DNA of 64,000 nt, taken from IMG/VR virus record IMGVR_UViG_3300049581_000068; one strand, given 5' to 3'. How positions within the stretch are numbered: the first letter of the stretch is position 1; the number at the start of each line of letters is the position of its first letter. Below, piece after piece: positions 1-8,837 of the stretch. Under the pieces are notes generated by a model. It was not told where the DNA came from. It did not search any database and saw only the letters and a list, made by a program, of their open reading frames with translations. The stretch is from an uncultured virus (IMG/VR IMGVR_UViG_3300049581_000068). Lineage: Duplodnaviria > Heunggongvirae > Uroviricota > Caudoviricetes. The translations under genes and the position numbers were made by a program.

Positions 1-450
1 CTCATCTGCTATGTCGTCGACGCCGTAATTTTCGTCCAGCGCCGGACCGTCGCCGGTATCGGCGTCGGCGCGCGAGTAGTCACGTTGTGCCCACAATTGG
101 CATTCCAAGTAACCGCGTACCATGGCATCGACGTCGGCGCCGGATTGCGCGACGGCGTACTCATTGATTTTTTCCTGCGGTTCCGCGGAATCATTGACTG
201 CCAACCGCATCCAAAAATCGAGATTGTTCTTTGACGTGTCGCCGTCGATGCGAGCGACGCGGTAGACCAGCGGCGCGACGTGCGCGCTAGTCCAGCCATA
301 GCGACTGCCGGGCGTAGCCAAGTGACCCGCGTCATTGCTGCCGTGACACGTCGGGCAGTCCTGTGGCGCGTAGCTGATACCGCCGTGCCAGTGCGTCCCG
401 TTGTCGTCGGCGCAACGCGTGAGAAAAGCCATTGCTTCGTTGTAGTTCAT
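1..450 (-). CDS. Hypothetical early phage protein, runs off the left edge (not in ORF track)
   Basis: Hand translation from ATG at 448-450 (MNYNEAMAFLTRC...GYLECQLWAQRDY...LDENYGVDDIADE) is open to position 1; RBS-like TAAGGGA upstream. Confidence 0.8.
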   Translation of the reverse strand, partial: MNYNEAMAFLTRCADDNGTHWHGGISYAPQDCPTCHGSNDAGHLATPGSRYGWTSAHVAPLVYRVARIDGDTSKNNLDFWMRLAVNDSAEPQEKINEYAVAQSGADVDAMVRGYLECQLWAQRDYSRADADTGDGPALDENYGVDDIADE

Positions 451-473
451 TGTGTCCCTTACTGTTTTGTTGG

Positions 474-575
474 TAGCGGGTTAGGGGGACCGTGGACGGG
501 CACCTCGAGTTTCACGTTACGTTCTAGTTACCGGGACTAGGTTCGCATCCCGTAGGGTTTCCCCCTAACCCGCTA
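474..575 (-). ncRNA. Candidate structured RNA / 5' leader
   Basis: Perfect 16-bp inverted repeat (474-489 / 560-575) enclosing further helices, just downstream of a SigA-like promoter. Confidence 0.5.
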
Positions 576-590
576 TGTTGTTATGCCTTG

Positions 591-631
591 AGTGTATGAC
601 GTTCACACGTGCTGCGTCAACACTTATGATA
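591..631 (-). promoter_or_regulatory. SigA-type promoter with overlapping 17-bp operator-like site
   Basis: Minus strand TTGACG(615-620)-18 bp-TACACT(591-596); site CGTCAACACTTATGATA 615-631. Confidence 0.75.
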
Positions 632-869
632 AGCGATTATCTCCGCAGGCTACCGCGTCGGCTATCGCACTGGTGAGCGCGTCGACGGCGCGTGCGAGCT
701 TGTTCGTTGCTGCCAGCGCCGCGCGGAAGTCTAATTTTTCGGCGTCGACGCACGCGCGGTACTCATCCGACGCCGCACGCGCTCGCGCGGCAAGCGCCAA
801 AATCGATTTTTCGGCAGTTGCCGGCGCCGCAGTGTCGCTAGGGGGACACCGCAGATCGCGCGCGCTCAT
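624..869 (-). CDS. Hypothetical protein
   Basis: ORF, ATGA-coupled to upstream gene. Confidence 0.6.
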   Translation of the reverse strand: MSARDLRCPPSDTAAPATAEKSILALAARARAASDEYRACVDAEKLDFRAALAATNKLARAVDALTSAIADAVACGDNRLS

Positions 870-1297
870 CGCGCTATCGCTTTCATCGCATAGCGTCCGA
901 CGTACTCGGTATAGCTCGGAGGAATGGATTCGGCTAGCTCGCGACGCTCACTCATCCAATCGATGCCCATAGCATCGCGCCATTGTGCTATCGACCCCTT
1001 GCCGCCGCCGTCGCCGTACACAGCGAAATACGGTCCCTCATACCAAACGCCGTGCCGCATACCGGCGACGCGTCCCCTATGCGGTACGTGCGTGGGCGCG
1101 TCGATGGGGAACGAACACTCAAAATATCGATGCCGAATCACGCGCAATCCGAATGTCTCACCGCACAGCGTGACGTCGCGACGTATCGCGGCACCTTGCA
1201 CGTTCTCGATAACGGTAGCGATACCGTGACGCGCGCTCAGCGTCGCAAGCGCGTCACGCGTCGCCGGTATTAGATCAGCATGCAAGTGCGCGCTCAT
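866..1297 (-). pseudogene. C-terminal half of a phage DNA (cytosine-5) methyltransferase
   Basis: VIENV (motif VI), RHR (VIII), ELAESIPPSYTEYVG (X-like); SAM-binding FxGxGG and catalytic PC motifs absent. Confidence 0.7.
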
Positions 1298-1363
1298 CGA
1301 CCACGCCCGACGCTATGAGTCGCTTATCGTGTTCTGTCAGAACGTAATCGGGATTAGGCATGC

Positions 1364-2205
1364 TCACGCGTTCATCCTGTCTACTGGATACTTGACGCCG
1401 CCGTCGACGGCGACAGTTTCGATTGTGTCGGTAGCGTCCGGCGCGACAATGAGCACGCGCTTACCGTCGCCACCCTCGCGCGTCTCAAGCACAACGGCGC
1501 GCTCAGCGCCGCGGGTATCGGTCGATACAAATAGCGCGCCGTCGCTCACGCGCCGCGCGATGAACACTGCGCACGTGTTGTCGATAGCGTCGCCGGTAAG
1601 GGTGGCGCTCATCGCGCCGACTCCAATTGCGATTCAAGTACTGAGTACAGGTGACCATTGTCGCCGTGTCTATCCCAGTAGACTCCGACGTTGACGGCGC
1701 CCGAACGCATTGGCGCGTAATAGCGTACGACGGTACCGATAAATCCAGGTGAGCCGATCAGCCTTACTTTGTCGCCAGTGCTGAAGCGTGGCGCTGCGGC
1801 GCTCATCGCGCCACGCTCGCGCGGCGCATACCGTCGAAATAGTCGCCGGTCCAATTGTCGCGATTCTCGTTTGCCTTGCGCGCGTAGTACGCGACGCGCG
1901 TCAATTGCGCGACGCCGTGCGGTTTGACGCACCGCCAGCATAGGTGTGCCATAGCGTCAAGCGCGCTATCGGCGTCAGGGTTATTGAAGATGCCGACGCC
2001 GCAGTGCTGGCACTCGCCTACCGGCTGGTTATCGTTGGTTGTCATCTTAGTTAACCGTCCTTGCGTATGCGTAAGCATCCTCGCGCGTGGTGAATACCAG
2101 CGAAGCCCTGGACGCCGAAAACTGTAAGCGTCCATTGCCATCGATAAGTACGTAATTGGCGTATCGGTCGGACCAGCCGACATAAACGTCGTTGTTGGTT
2201 GTCAT
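1364..2205 (-). CDS. Four small hypothetical genes: 1364-1612, 1609-1806 (SH3/KOW-like FSTGDKV), 1803-2045, 2047-2205
   Basis: Tightly coupled ORFs; 2047-2205 (MTTNNDVYVGWSD...) found by hand directly behind a promoter. Confidence 0.65.
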
Positions 2206-2212
2206 ACTCGCG

Positions 2213-2253
2213 AGTGTATGCCGTTCACGCGTGCCGTGTCAACACTATTGACG
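2213..2253 (-). promoter_or_regulatory. SigA-type promoter (leaderless) with operator-like site
   Basis: TTGACA(2237-2242)-18-TACACT(2213-2218)-7 nt-ATG(2205); site TGTCAACACTATTGACG 2237-2253. Confidence 0.8.
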
Positions 2254-2379
2254 CGCTTCGCGTCGCGCACGTTTCAAGATCAAAAAACTTAGCATGCCCT
2301 TAGCCGGCGCCCGCCCCCGAAAAAAATCGCGCCATCGACGCGTGAACGTCGACGGCGCGAAACGCGTTGCGAGCGCGTG

Positions 2380-2679
2380 TCAGTCGCGGTAGTTACCTCC
2401 GTCGTTATAGAACACGTTGCCGGTATCGGGGTCGACCCACACGCACGGCGCGCCGTCCGGATTGCCATCCTCATACGCGCACCGCGGGTATTGCACGGCG
2501 ATACCGTCACACAGTGCCAGCGGTACGCCGTCGACGCTCACGCCTGCGCACTGCGGCGCGCTGGCGTAGGACACGCTAGGCGTGAACGGCGCGAGCGCGA
2601 ACACAGCAGCGAACGCGAGCTCAGCGCCGCCCATAACGAGCGCTACGCCTACCGGATTGAAACGACGCGGCGCGCTCAT
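2380..2679 (-). CDS. Small membrane-anchored/secreted protein
   Basis: N-terminal hydrophobic segment, then Cys-containing CAYEDG...CVWVDPDTG domain. Confidence 0.6.
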   Translation of the reverse strand: MSAPRRFNPVGVALVMGGAELAFAAVFALAPFTPSVSYASAPQCAGVSVDGVPLALCDGIAVQYPRCAYEDGNPDGAPCVWVDPDTGNVFYNDGGNYRD

Positions 2680-4299
2680 GCGTTCACGCGCCAAACGTGG
2701 ACCGGTCCGTTGTAAAGCACTACCGCGCGAAACTCATACAGCGTCGCGAGCGCGTGTCGCGGCACGTAGTCCGGCGACACGTCCAGCGTGTCGAACGTCG
2801 GCGCAACGCCGTGACGCCGTAACACCTTGCGCACGTCGTCCGGTGAGCCGAGTACGCGCACGCCGTTGCCCGGTATCGCGTGGCGCCCACTACCGCCGTA
2901 GGTACGCAACAACTCCGGACGTCCATCGCTGGCGCTCATCGCGCCACTCGCAACGTGGCGCCGTAGCGCGCGGCGTCGCGCGCGGCGTCGCGCAACTCGA
3001 TACGCGCCAAACGCTCAGCGCGCGAACGTGCCACGCGACGCACGCGCGGGTAGGTTGCTTGATTGCTCATCACTTGATTCCCTTACTTCGTTGGTTGGGT
3101 ACTGCCTGCCGACGCCGATTGCGTCGGAAGTCTGAGGATTGCGTCGGCTACGCGTTGCGCCGTCGCGGCGCTCATAATCGCGTGAGCCTTGACGCGCGGC
3201 GCGTCGGCAACGTGGCGCGCCAGCATCGCGCGATAGGCAGGTGCATCCACCACGCGCGGACTGCTACCGGACATGCGCGCGATACGGCGATGACGTGCCA
3301 GCGTAGCGCGCGCGATCGCGTCGGCGTCGATACCGACGTCTAGCGACAGTTGCTCACTCATCGCGCACGGTGTGTTCGTTCGAACCAAAACACCGCGAGA
3401 GACGCGAGTGCCTGCCATACAGCATCGCTCATCGCGCACCGCCGTAGGCGTAGGCGTGCCGCCCGTCGACGGTAGCGACGAAATAGCGTTCGACGCCGTA
3501 GGCCTGCGCATCGCGCCGTAGCACCGTGACGCGCGTGCCGTAGGCGATACCCGGCGCGCGCCACCCGCCGACGCCGATCACGAGCGCGTCGCCGGACCGA
3601 TACGCGCCGTGCGTGGCGCTGCTCAGCGTGCCGCCGCTCATCGCACTACCTGCCATTGCCACCCGCTGAGCGCGTAGTGCGCTACGCCGTCGATGAGCGC
3701 CGCGACAGTCCAGTGGTCTACGGCGATCTCATCCTCATAGATCAGCGCGCCGTCACCCTCGCGCACGCCCGACTCATCCCACGTGCCGTTAGGGTCGTTG
3801 GCGCGGTGAGCCGCGATGAACCGCGCAAACTCGGCGGCGCTCACCAGCGGCACAGCGAAGCCGTTCCACCCGCGCGGCGCCAGCGACGCGGCGCGCAACG
3901 TGAGCGCCGCGGGAACGGCGTCGGGTGACACGGCGTCGATAGTGACGTCTAGCGCCACAACCGCGGCGCTCATGCGGTCACGCTCGCGGCGTACTCGTTG
4001 AAGCGACGCGCGGCCACGGAGTAGGTGCGCTCGGCTTCGTAGGCCATGTGGTCGGCGCGCGCGCCGTAAGCGTGGTGTAGCGCGCCGTCGTGCGCGGCGT
4101 CGGCGGCGCTGGCGGCGTCGACCATTGCGCGCCAGAGTCGATGCCACGTGTCGACATGCTCGCGGGTGACCACGTGACCACATGCCAGCGTGGCGCGCGA
4201 GCGGTCCATACCGCCGAACGCGTACGGCTCAGAGATAGCGACAACGTGCGCGCACTGCGGGCACAGGGAACGGGTTGCGGTGTCGGAATAGATACTCAT
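2676..4299 (-). CDS. Array of small hypothetical genes: 2676-2939, 2936-3070, 3083-3361, 3358-3432, 3429-3641, 3638-3973, 3970-4299
   Basis: Consecutive ORFs, mostly overlapping by ATGA, all starting MS. Confidence 0.65.
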
Positions 4300-4306
4300 G
4301 TCATAC

Positions 4307-4346
4307 ATAGTGACGCACGCCTGCCGTCGTGTCAACACGTATGACA
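4307..4346 (-). promoter_or_regulatory. SigA-type promoter (leaderless) with operator-like site
   Basis: TTGACA(4330-4335)-17-CACTAT(4307-4312)-7 nt-ATG(4299); site TGTCAACACGTATGACA 4330-4346. Confidence 0.7.
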
Positions 4347-4416
4347 TGCGAGCGTGTCGGCGTCGATGCCGTGCGAGCGCGTCGGCGTCGATGACATGCG
4401 AGCGTGTCGGCGTCGA
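4342..4416. repeat. 3 x 25-bp tandem repeat (TGACATGCGAGCGTGTCGGCGTCGA), degenerate copies at ~4555-4655
   Basis: Units at 4342, 4367 and 4392 read directly. Confidence 0.9.
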
Positions 4417-4710
4417 TACGCCACGCCCCTGACCAGCCGAAATAACGAACGGCGTCGACCCTATGTCATTAGTGCTGACACGAGGTCAGATCGCTCAGCG
4501 TGGCACTGAGACGCCAATACGCGCGTATGCATGTCGATGCATATACGCGCGCGCTGTCGCCGTCGATGCCGTCGCGAGCGTCGATGCGAGCGCGCGCCGT
4601 GCCGTCGATGCGAGCGCGTCGGCGTCGATGAGCGCGCGGCGTCGCGAGCGTCGAAACATGTTGGCGCGCAAGCGATTACGCGCCGCGGCGCCGACGCGAA
4701 ACACGTTGCG

Positions 4711-4750
4711 CGCCATAGGTATTGACACGGCGCGCGCCGTGCGGTACGCT
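4711..4750 (+). promoter_or_regulatory. Plus-strand SigA-type promoter with operator-like site
   Basis: TTGACA(4722-4727)-17-TACGCT(4745-4750); 4711-4727 is the reverse complement of TGTCAATACCTATGGCG. Confidence 0.55.
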
Positions 4751-4949
4751 CGCAAACGCGACCGGCTCTTTTTTTAGAGGCCGGCGGGTCGGCGAGAGCC
4801 ATGGCCGACTGTTCTATCTATTGCGATTTCCATGAGTCCCGGCGTATATTCGCAGGTCAGAGGGTGTTTTTGAGGCTTTGAAAGTCGTTGTGGCACACCA
4901 ACATTCAAACGCGTCAAAGACTATGACACACAAGCACTTTCGGCGCAGG

Positions 4950-5258
4950 TCAGCGGCGTAACGCCGGTCCTCGGCCGTCGCGCCACTGCTGCGCAGTCTG
5001 TCGGCCAAGTCGCTGTTCGGCAGCGCGGATGCGCGCGGCCCGGTGCTTTGAGCTGCGGACATTGGCCGCGCGCGCCATCGCGCGATCGAACGCGGCGATC
5101 AGCTCGTCGTCGAATTCGATCTCGGTGTCGGGCGCCGGCATCGGTCCCGCCCCGCACAGTCGCGCCAGGCGCTCGGCGGCCAGTCGGCGTTCGGCCTCGG
5201 TAGCGCCGGGATCTTGAGAGAGCGCCTCGAGTGCGTCGAGCCTGCGGCGTTGGGTCAT
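4950..5258 (-). CDS. Hypothetical protein with DUF2786-like N-terminus
   Basis: LEALSQDPGATEAERRLAAERLARL; leaderless start TAAGGT-6 nt-ATG. Confidence 0.55.
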   Translation of the reverse strand: MTQRRRLDALEALSQDPGATEAERRLAAERLARLCGAGPMPAPDTEIEFDDELIAAFDRAMARAANVRSSKHRAARIRAAEQRLGRQTAQQWRDGRGPALRR

Positions 5259-5279
5259 GTCAATACCTTAGACGAAAAA

Positions 5280-5359
5280 TGACCGACACCCTAGCTGGAA
5301 GGATTAGTCCAGCCCTTCAGTCCTGTACCGGGTTTGGTTACGGTTCAAGGGGTCGGTCA
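5280..5359 (-). ncRNA. Candidate structured RNA or complex terminator
   Basis: Closing stem 5280-5292/5348-5359, inner hairpin 5294-5313, followed by TTTTT on the minus strand. Confidence 0.4.
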
Positions 5360-5405
5360 ATGGTCCGGAGTTTGAGTGCATTGGAACCAACGGCACGCGA
5401 TCAGA

Positions 5406-6161
5406 CTACTCGGCCTCAGCCTTGCTGTCATCACTCTCGTCGGTGCCGGCGGTCTGCTCGGCATCGCCTGCGGGCTCGTCGGTCTTCTCAGGTTCGGGGT
5501 TGACGGCGACGTTGTCGGCGTTCTCCACGTTCACTTCAGGATTCTCGGTCATGGCGCTGAGGGTACCCGGTCGCGACCGATGGCAATCGCAGGGGCAGCC
5601 TCGCGGGCAATCAGTCCAGCAGCCCAGATCGCAAACCCCGAGTGTGCAGGCAACGGCGCCCATCACGCACCCACCGAATCGCTGATCAGGTGCAATCCCA
5701 GATCGTGCCGATCGCAGTAGCGAACCATCATCGCGTACTGGAACGAGTCGATCGGGTGCCGAAGCACAGTCAGCCACCACTCGAGGCGCATCCGCCACGT
5801 GATCTTCGGGACCATTAGGCGCCCGCTCGCCAGATGACGGTGGATCCGTCCTCGCAGACGCCGACCAACTCCCACTCGTCCTGGCCGACCTTGCGCGTGT
5901 CGAACCGAACGCCGGGCAGCATCCTCTGCAGTGTCGAGAAGTCGCGGTTGATCACGCCGTCGCGGACGGCGGCGGCGAACACCTTCGGCGGTAGCTTCGC
6001 GGCAACGAGCTGGCGCGCGATCTGCGCGTGGGTCGCGGGCATCAGTCGCGGGCCGCGGCGGCTTCGGTCTGGCGCTTCTCTTCGGCGGCCCGACGTTCCT
6101 CGGCCTTGGCGAGTCGCTCAGGTATCCAGTTGCGGCGCAGGTGCTTGGCTCGATGTCCCAT
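5406..6161 (-). CDS. Small hypothetical genes, including acidic 5406-5552, 5815-6042 and 6042-6161
   Basis: Coupled ORFs behind the leaderless start at 6161. Confidence 0.5.
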
Positions 6162-6187
6162 GCGTCAACACTATAGACACGGGCGAG

Positions 6188-6412
6188 TCAGGCCGCGAGT
6201 GCTTTGATGCGATCGGGTCGGAAACCGGCCCAGTGCTGGTCGCCGGCGACGACGACCGGCGCAGCCATGTAGCCCAGCGCTTTGCAGGTTTCGAGTGCTT
6301 CGGGATGCTCGGTGACGTCGAGCTTCACGTAGTCGATGCCGAGCCTCTCGAGCTCGCGAATCGTCAGCTTGCAGGGTTGGCAGCCGGGGCGCGAGTAGAC
6401 GGTGACGGTCAT
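6188..6412 (-). CDS. nrdH: NrdH-like glutaredoxin
   Basis: MTVTVYSRPGCQPC...APVV...WAGFRPDRI. Confidence 0.93.
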   Translation of the reverse strand: MTVTVYSRPGCQPCKLTIRELERLGIDYVKLDVTEHPEALETCKALGYMAAPVVVAGDQHWAGFRPDRIKALAA

Positions 6413-6624
6413 CGGGTCACCAACGCCCGCAGCGAGTCGGTGTTGAGCGCGTCGCCGGCCGACCAGTGGTTGATCAGCAAAACAATGAGCCCCGCTGCAA
6501 GCAGCAGGGCTCCGATGAGGCAGACGGCCTTGCCGCCGATGGCGATGCGAGCGTTGGGGATTATTGCCCCCGCGGCCCAGACGATGATTCCGATGACGAG
6601 GATGATGATCCCGAGTTCGACCAT
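6409..6624 (-). CDS. Small two-TM membrane protein
   Basis: Two hydrophobic helices. Confidence 0.65.
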   Translation of the reverse strand: MVELGIIILVIGIIVWAAGAIIPNARIAIGGKAVCLIGALLLAAGLIVLLINHWSAGDALNTDSLRALVTR

Positions 6625-6793
6625 GGTCGGGAATCATAATCGGTTGGATTCAACATCGCAGCAAGTTCACAGTGAGAGCGCACGATCTCGCGCACCCGGC
6701 GTCGGCAATTCACATGGTCGCGGCAGCGCCACCCCGATCCCGGCAAATCTGTCCGCTCGAGATCCACGCGATTGCGGCACAGGCAGCAGCGGG

Positions 6794-7655
6794 TCACGCC
6801 GGTAGTTCGGTCCGAACAACTCGTTCGGCGCCGACGTAGAAACCGGGATGATCCTCGATGTTGTCCAGCAGTCGAACCGGCGCGCAGCGGCCGCGGTCGG
6901 AGACGATGCCGAAGTAGATCACCGCGCCGTTGGTCAGGACGATGCGCTGCTCACCCCTGCTCCGGTACGCCTTCTTGACCACGCCGAACCTCTCGCATCG
7001 CGTTCGGACGTCGTCGAACCGGATCTGCGCCGTGGGGCGGTCCTCGCAGATGAATTCGACCGATCGGCCGTCCATCGCAGTGTCGATCGCCAGCAGCATC
7101 AAGGCGTAGCTCTTGCCGGCTTCGTGATCGCCGGTGATCACCATGACCCTCATCGCAGGTCCGTTCTGGACTCGACCTTGCCGTGCCGGTCGTAGATGAC
7201 CAGTTCCAGCGGGTCGTCGGCGAGCACGTTGGTCAGCGCGTCGACGAGCTCGGGACGGTTGTAGATCGTGTCGCGGGGATCGATGCGTGCGCCGTTGGAC
7301 GCGCGCAGTTCGAAGGTCCATTGCCAGCGTCGGGAGAACAACCGTTTGACCGGTCTGACCAGCACTCGGGCTCGGGGCGTGGGCATCAGTCGAAGACCTC
7401 CGGACTGTAGTAGGGGCCGAATGTCGCCATCCGGTCGTCACCGCGCTTCCACGCGTCGTGCTGCTCGTGGCAGTCATTCAAGAGTCGGGCACGGTTTTGG
7501 CTCTGAGAGAGCTTCTGAGCCGATTTCCGGTCGAAAAAGGTAAAACCTATCGCGAAGACTGCTGCCAGGCCGATCTGGACCGTGCTGGCGGCCCAAGGCA
7601 TGGTCACATGGATGATCACCGCGGCTGTCGCCAACGTCACCAAGAACCGTGCCAT
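6794..7655 (-). CDS. Hypothetical genes: 6794-7153 (P-loop-like GDHEAGKS), 7150-7386 (DUF1508/YegP-like), 7386-7655 (membrane)
   Basis: Coupled ORFs; motifs judged by eye. Confidence 0.55.
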
Positions 7656-7688
7656 GTCATCACCATAGACGTCCGATGGCGGTTGTGG

Positions 7689-8051
7689 CTAGATCAGATG
7701 CCCGCCGGTCAGGCGCAGCCATTCCGCGCACTGCTCGCGCGTCCATCCGCGGCCGCGAAACTTGCGCCATACCGACTGGCGGTTGCGTCCGAGCGTGCGC
7801 GCCACTTCGGCCAGCGAGCAGCCGTCAGCCAGCATCGATTCGACGCGGGCGATCTCGTCATCGGTGTAGCGGGTCGACGGCCTGACCCGCGCGCTCAGGC
7901 CGTAGCGCGCGCGGATCCGATGCACGTGGGCGGTAGACATGCCGACCTCATCGACGATCGCTGGCACCGTCCAGCCGCGTCGCGACAGGAACACCACCCG
8001 ATCCCACCGGGCCTGACGTTCCTCGTTGGTCATTCCTGCGGTTCTAGGCAT
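7689..8051 (-). CDS. Tandem helix-turn-helix DNA-binding protein
   Basis: GWTVPAIVDEVGMSTAHVHRIR and LADGCSLAEVARTLGRN. Confidence 0.8.
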   Translation of the reverse strand: MPRTAGMTNEERQARWDRVVFLSRRGWTVPAIVDEVGMSTAHVHRIRARYGLSARVRPSTRYTDDEIARVESMLADGCSLAEVARTLGRNRQSVWRKFRGRGWTREQCAEWLRLTGGHLI

Positions 8052-8511
8052 CGACGAACACCTTTCGCGCTGGTGGGTCGGACAGGTAGTTGATCGCGCG
8101 CAGCACCGTTTCAAGGAACAGCGGCACGCCCCAGCGATTGCACCGCGAGCACAGCAGCCCGCGGATACAGCGGCGACACCCGCGGTCCACCGGGTGGTCG
8201 TGGGTTTTCGCCAGTTCGTGATCGTGGTCGACGGCCAGGCGCTTGGTCTTACCGGTGGCGACCCGGCAGATCGCGCACTTGCCACCTTGAGCGGCGTAGA
8301 GCAGCCAGTAGTCGGCGGCGCTGATCTCGTAGTGCGTCTCGACGCGCCGGGCGTGGGCGGATTCGCGAACCTTGCGCTTACGTGCGCGCACGTGGGTGGC
8401 GCACCGCGGGGAGCGCGGCCCCGAGCTCGGATCAATGGGCCGGACGGTGGTCACACCCTCGGCGATGCAGTCGATGCAGCGGATCACAAGACGTCTCGCA
8501 TCCTCAGACAC
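8044..8511 (-). CDS. Recombination endonuclease VII (Holliday junction resolvase)
   Basis: QGGKCAIC...LAVDHDH...IRGLLCSRCN. Confidence 0.92.
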   Translation of the reverse strand: MSEDARRLVIRCIDCIAEGVTTVRPIDPSSGPRSPRCATHVRARKRKVRESAHARRVETHYEISAADYWLLYAAQGGKCAICRVATGKTKRLAVDHDHELAKTHDHPVDRGCRRCIRGLLCSRCNRWGVPLFLETVLRAINYLSDPPARKVFVDA

Positions 8512-8837
8512 AGGTTGGCGTACTCGGATGCCTGCTTAACGGTCCAGCCGCGCCCGCGGAACCGCCGCTGTAGCGAGCCTGGTTTGCGGTCGAGCGAGCG
8601 TTCGATTTCTTGCACTGAGCAGCCATCGGCAAGCAACTGCTCGGCGTGTTCGACTTCGGCAGGGGTCAGCCACCTTGGCACCGGCCGGGAGATTCCGAGC
8701 TCGCTGCGAATGCGAACCACGTGACGAGATGAGCATCCCAATACCTCGGCTATTTGCGCCGCCGTGCGGCCGGATCGTGTCAGTTGCTCGACCCGTTCGT
8801 GGTCGACGCGGCCAGAGCCTTTCGGACGGCCGCTCAT
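8484..8837 (-). CDS. Tandem helix-turn-helix DNA-binding protein (paralog of 7689-8051)
   Basis: GRTAAQIAEVLGCSSRHVVRIR and LADGCSVQEIERSL...FRGRGWT. Confidence 0.8.
   Translation of the reverse strand: MSGRPKGSGRVDHERVEQLTRSGRTAAQIAEVLGCSSRHVVRIRSELGISRPVPRWLTPAEVEHAEQLLADGCSVQEIERSLDRKPGSLQRRFRGRGWTVKQASEYANLCLRMRDVL

Noticed and set aside
474..575. tRNA or hammerhead ribozyme
   Set aside because: No cloverleaf or CCA end and no CUGANGA core; kept only as an unclassified structured RNA
4342..4416. 25-bp repeats as a CRISPR array
   Set aside because: Head-to-tail with no unique spacers and no cas operon
4461..4802. ORF-track proteins over the repeat field
   Set aside because: Low-complexity Ala/Arg translations of repeats in several frames with no RBS; probably non-coding
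5280..5359. Twister-like ribozyme
   Set aside because: Only a loose resemblance; conserved pseudoknot nucleotides not found by eye
6794..7153. Second terminase or helicase from the GDHEAGKS motif
   Set aside because: Only ~119 aa with a degenerate P-loop; insufficient for a functional call
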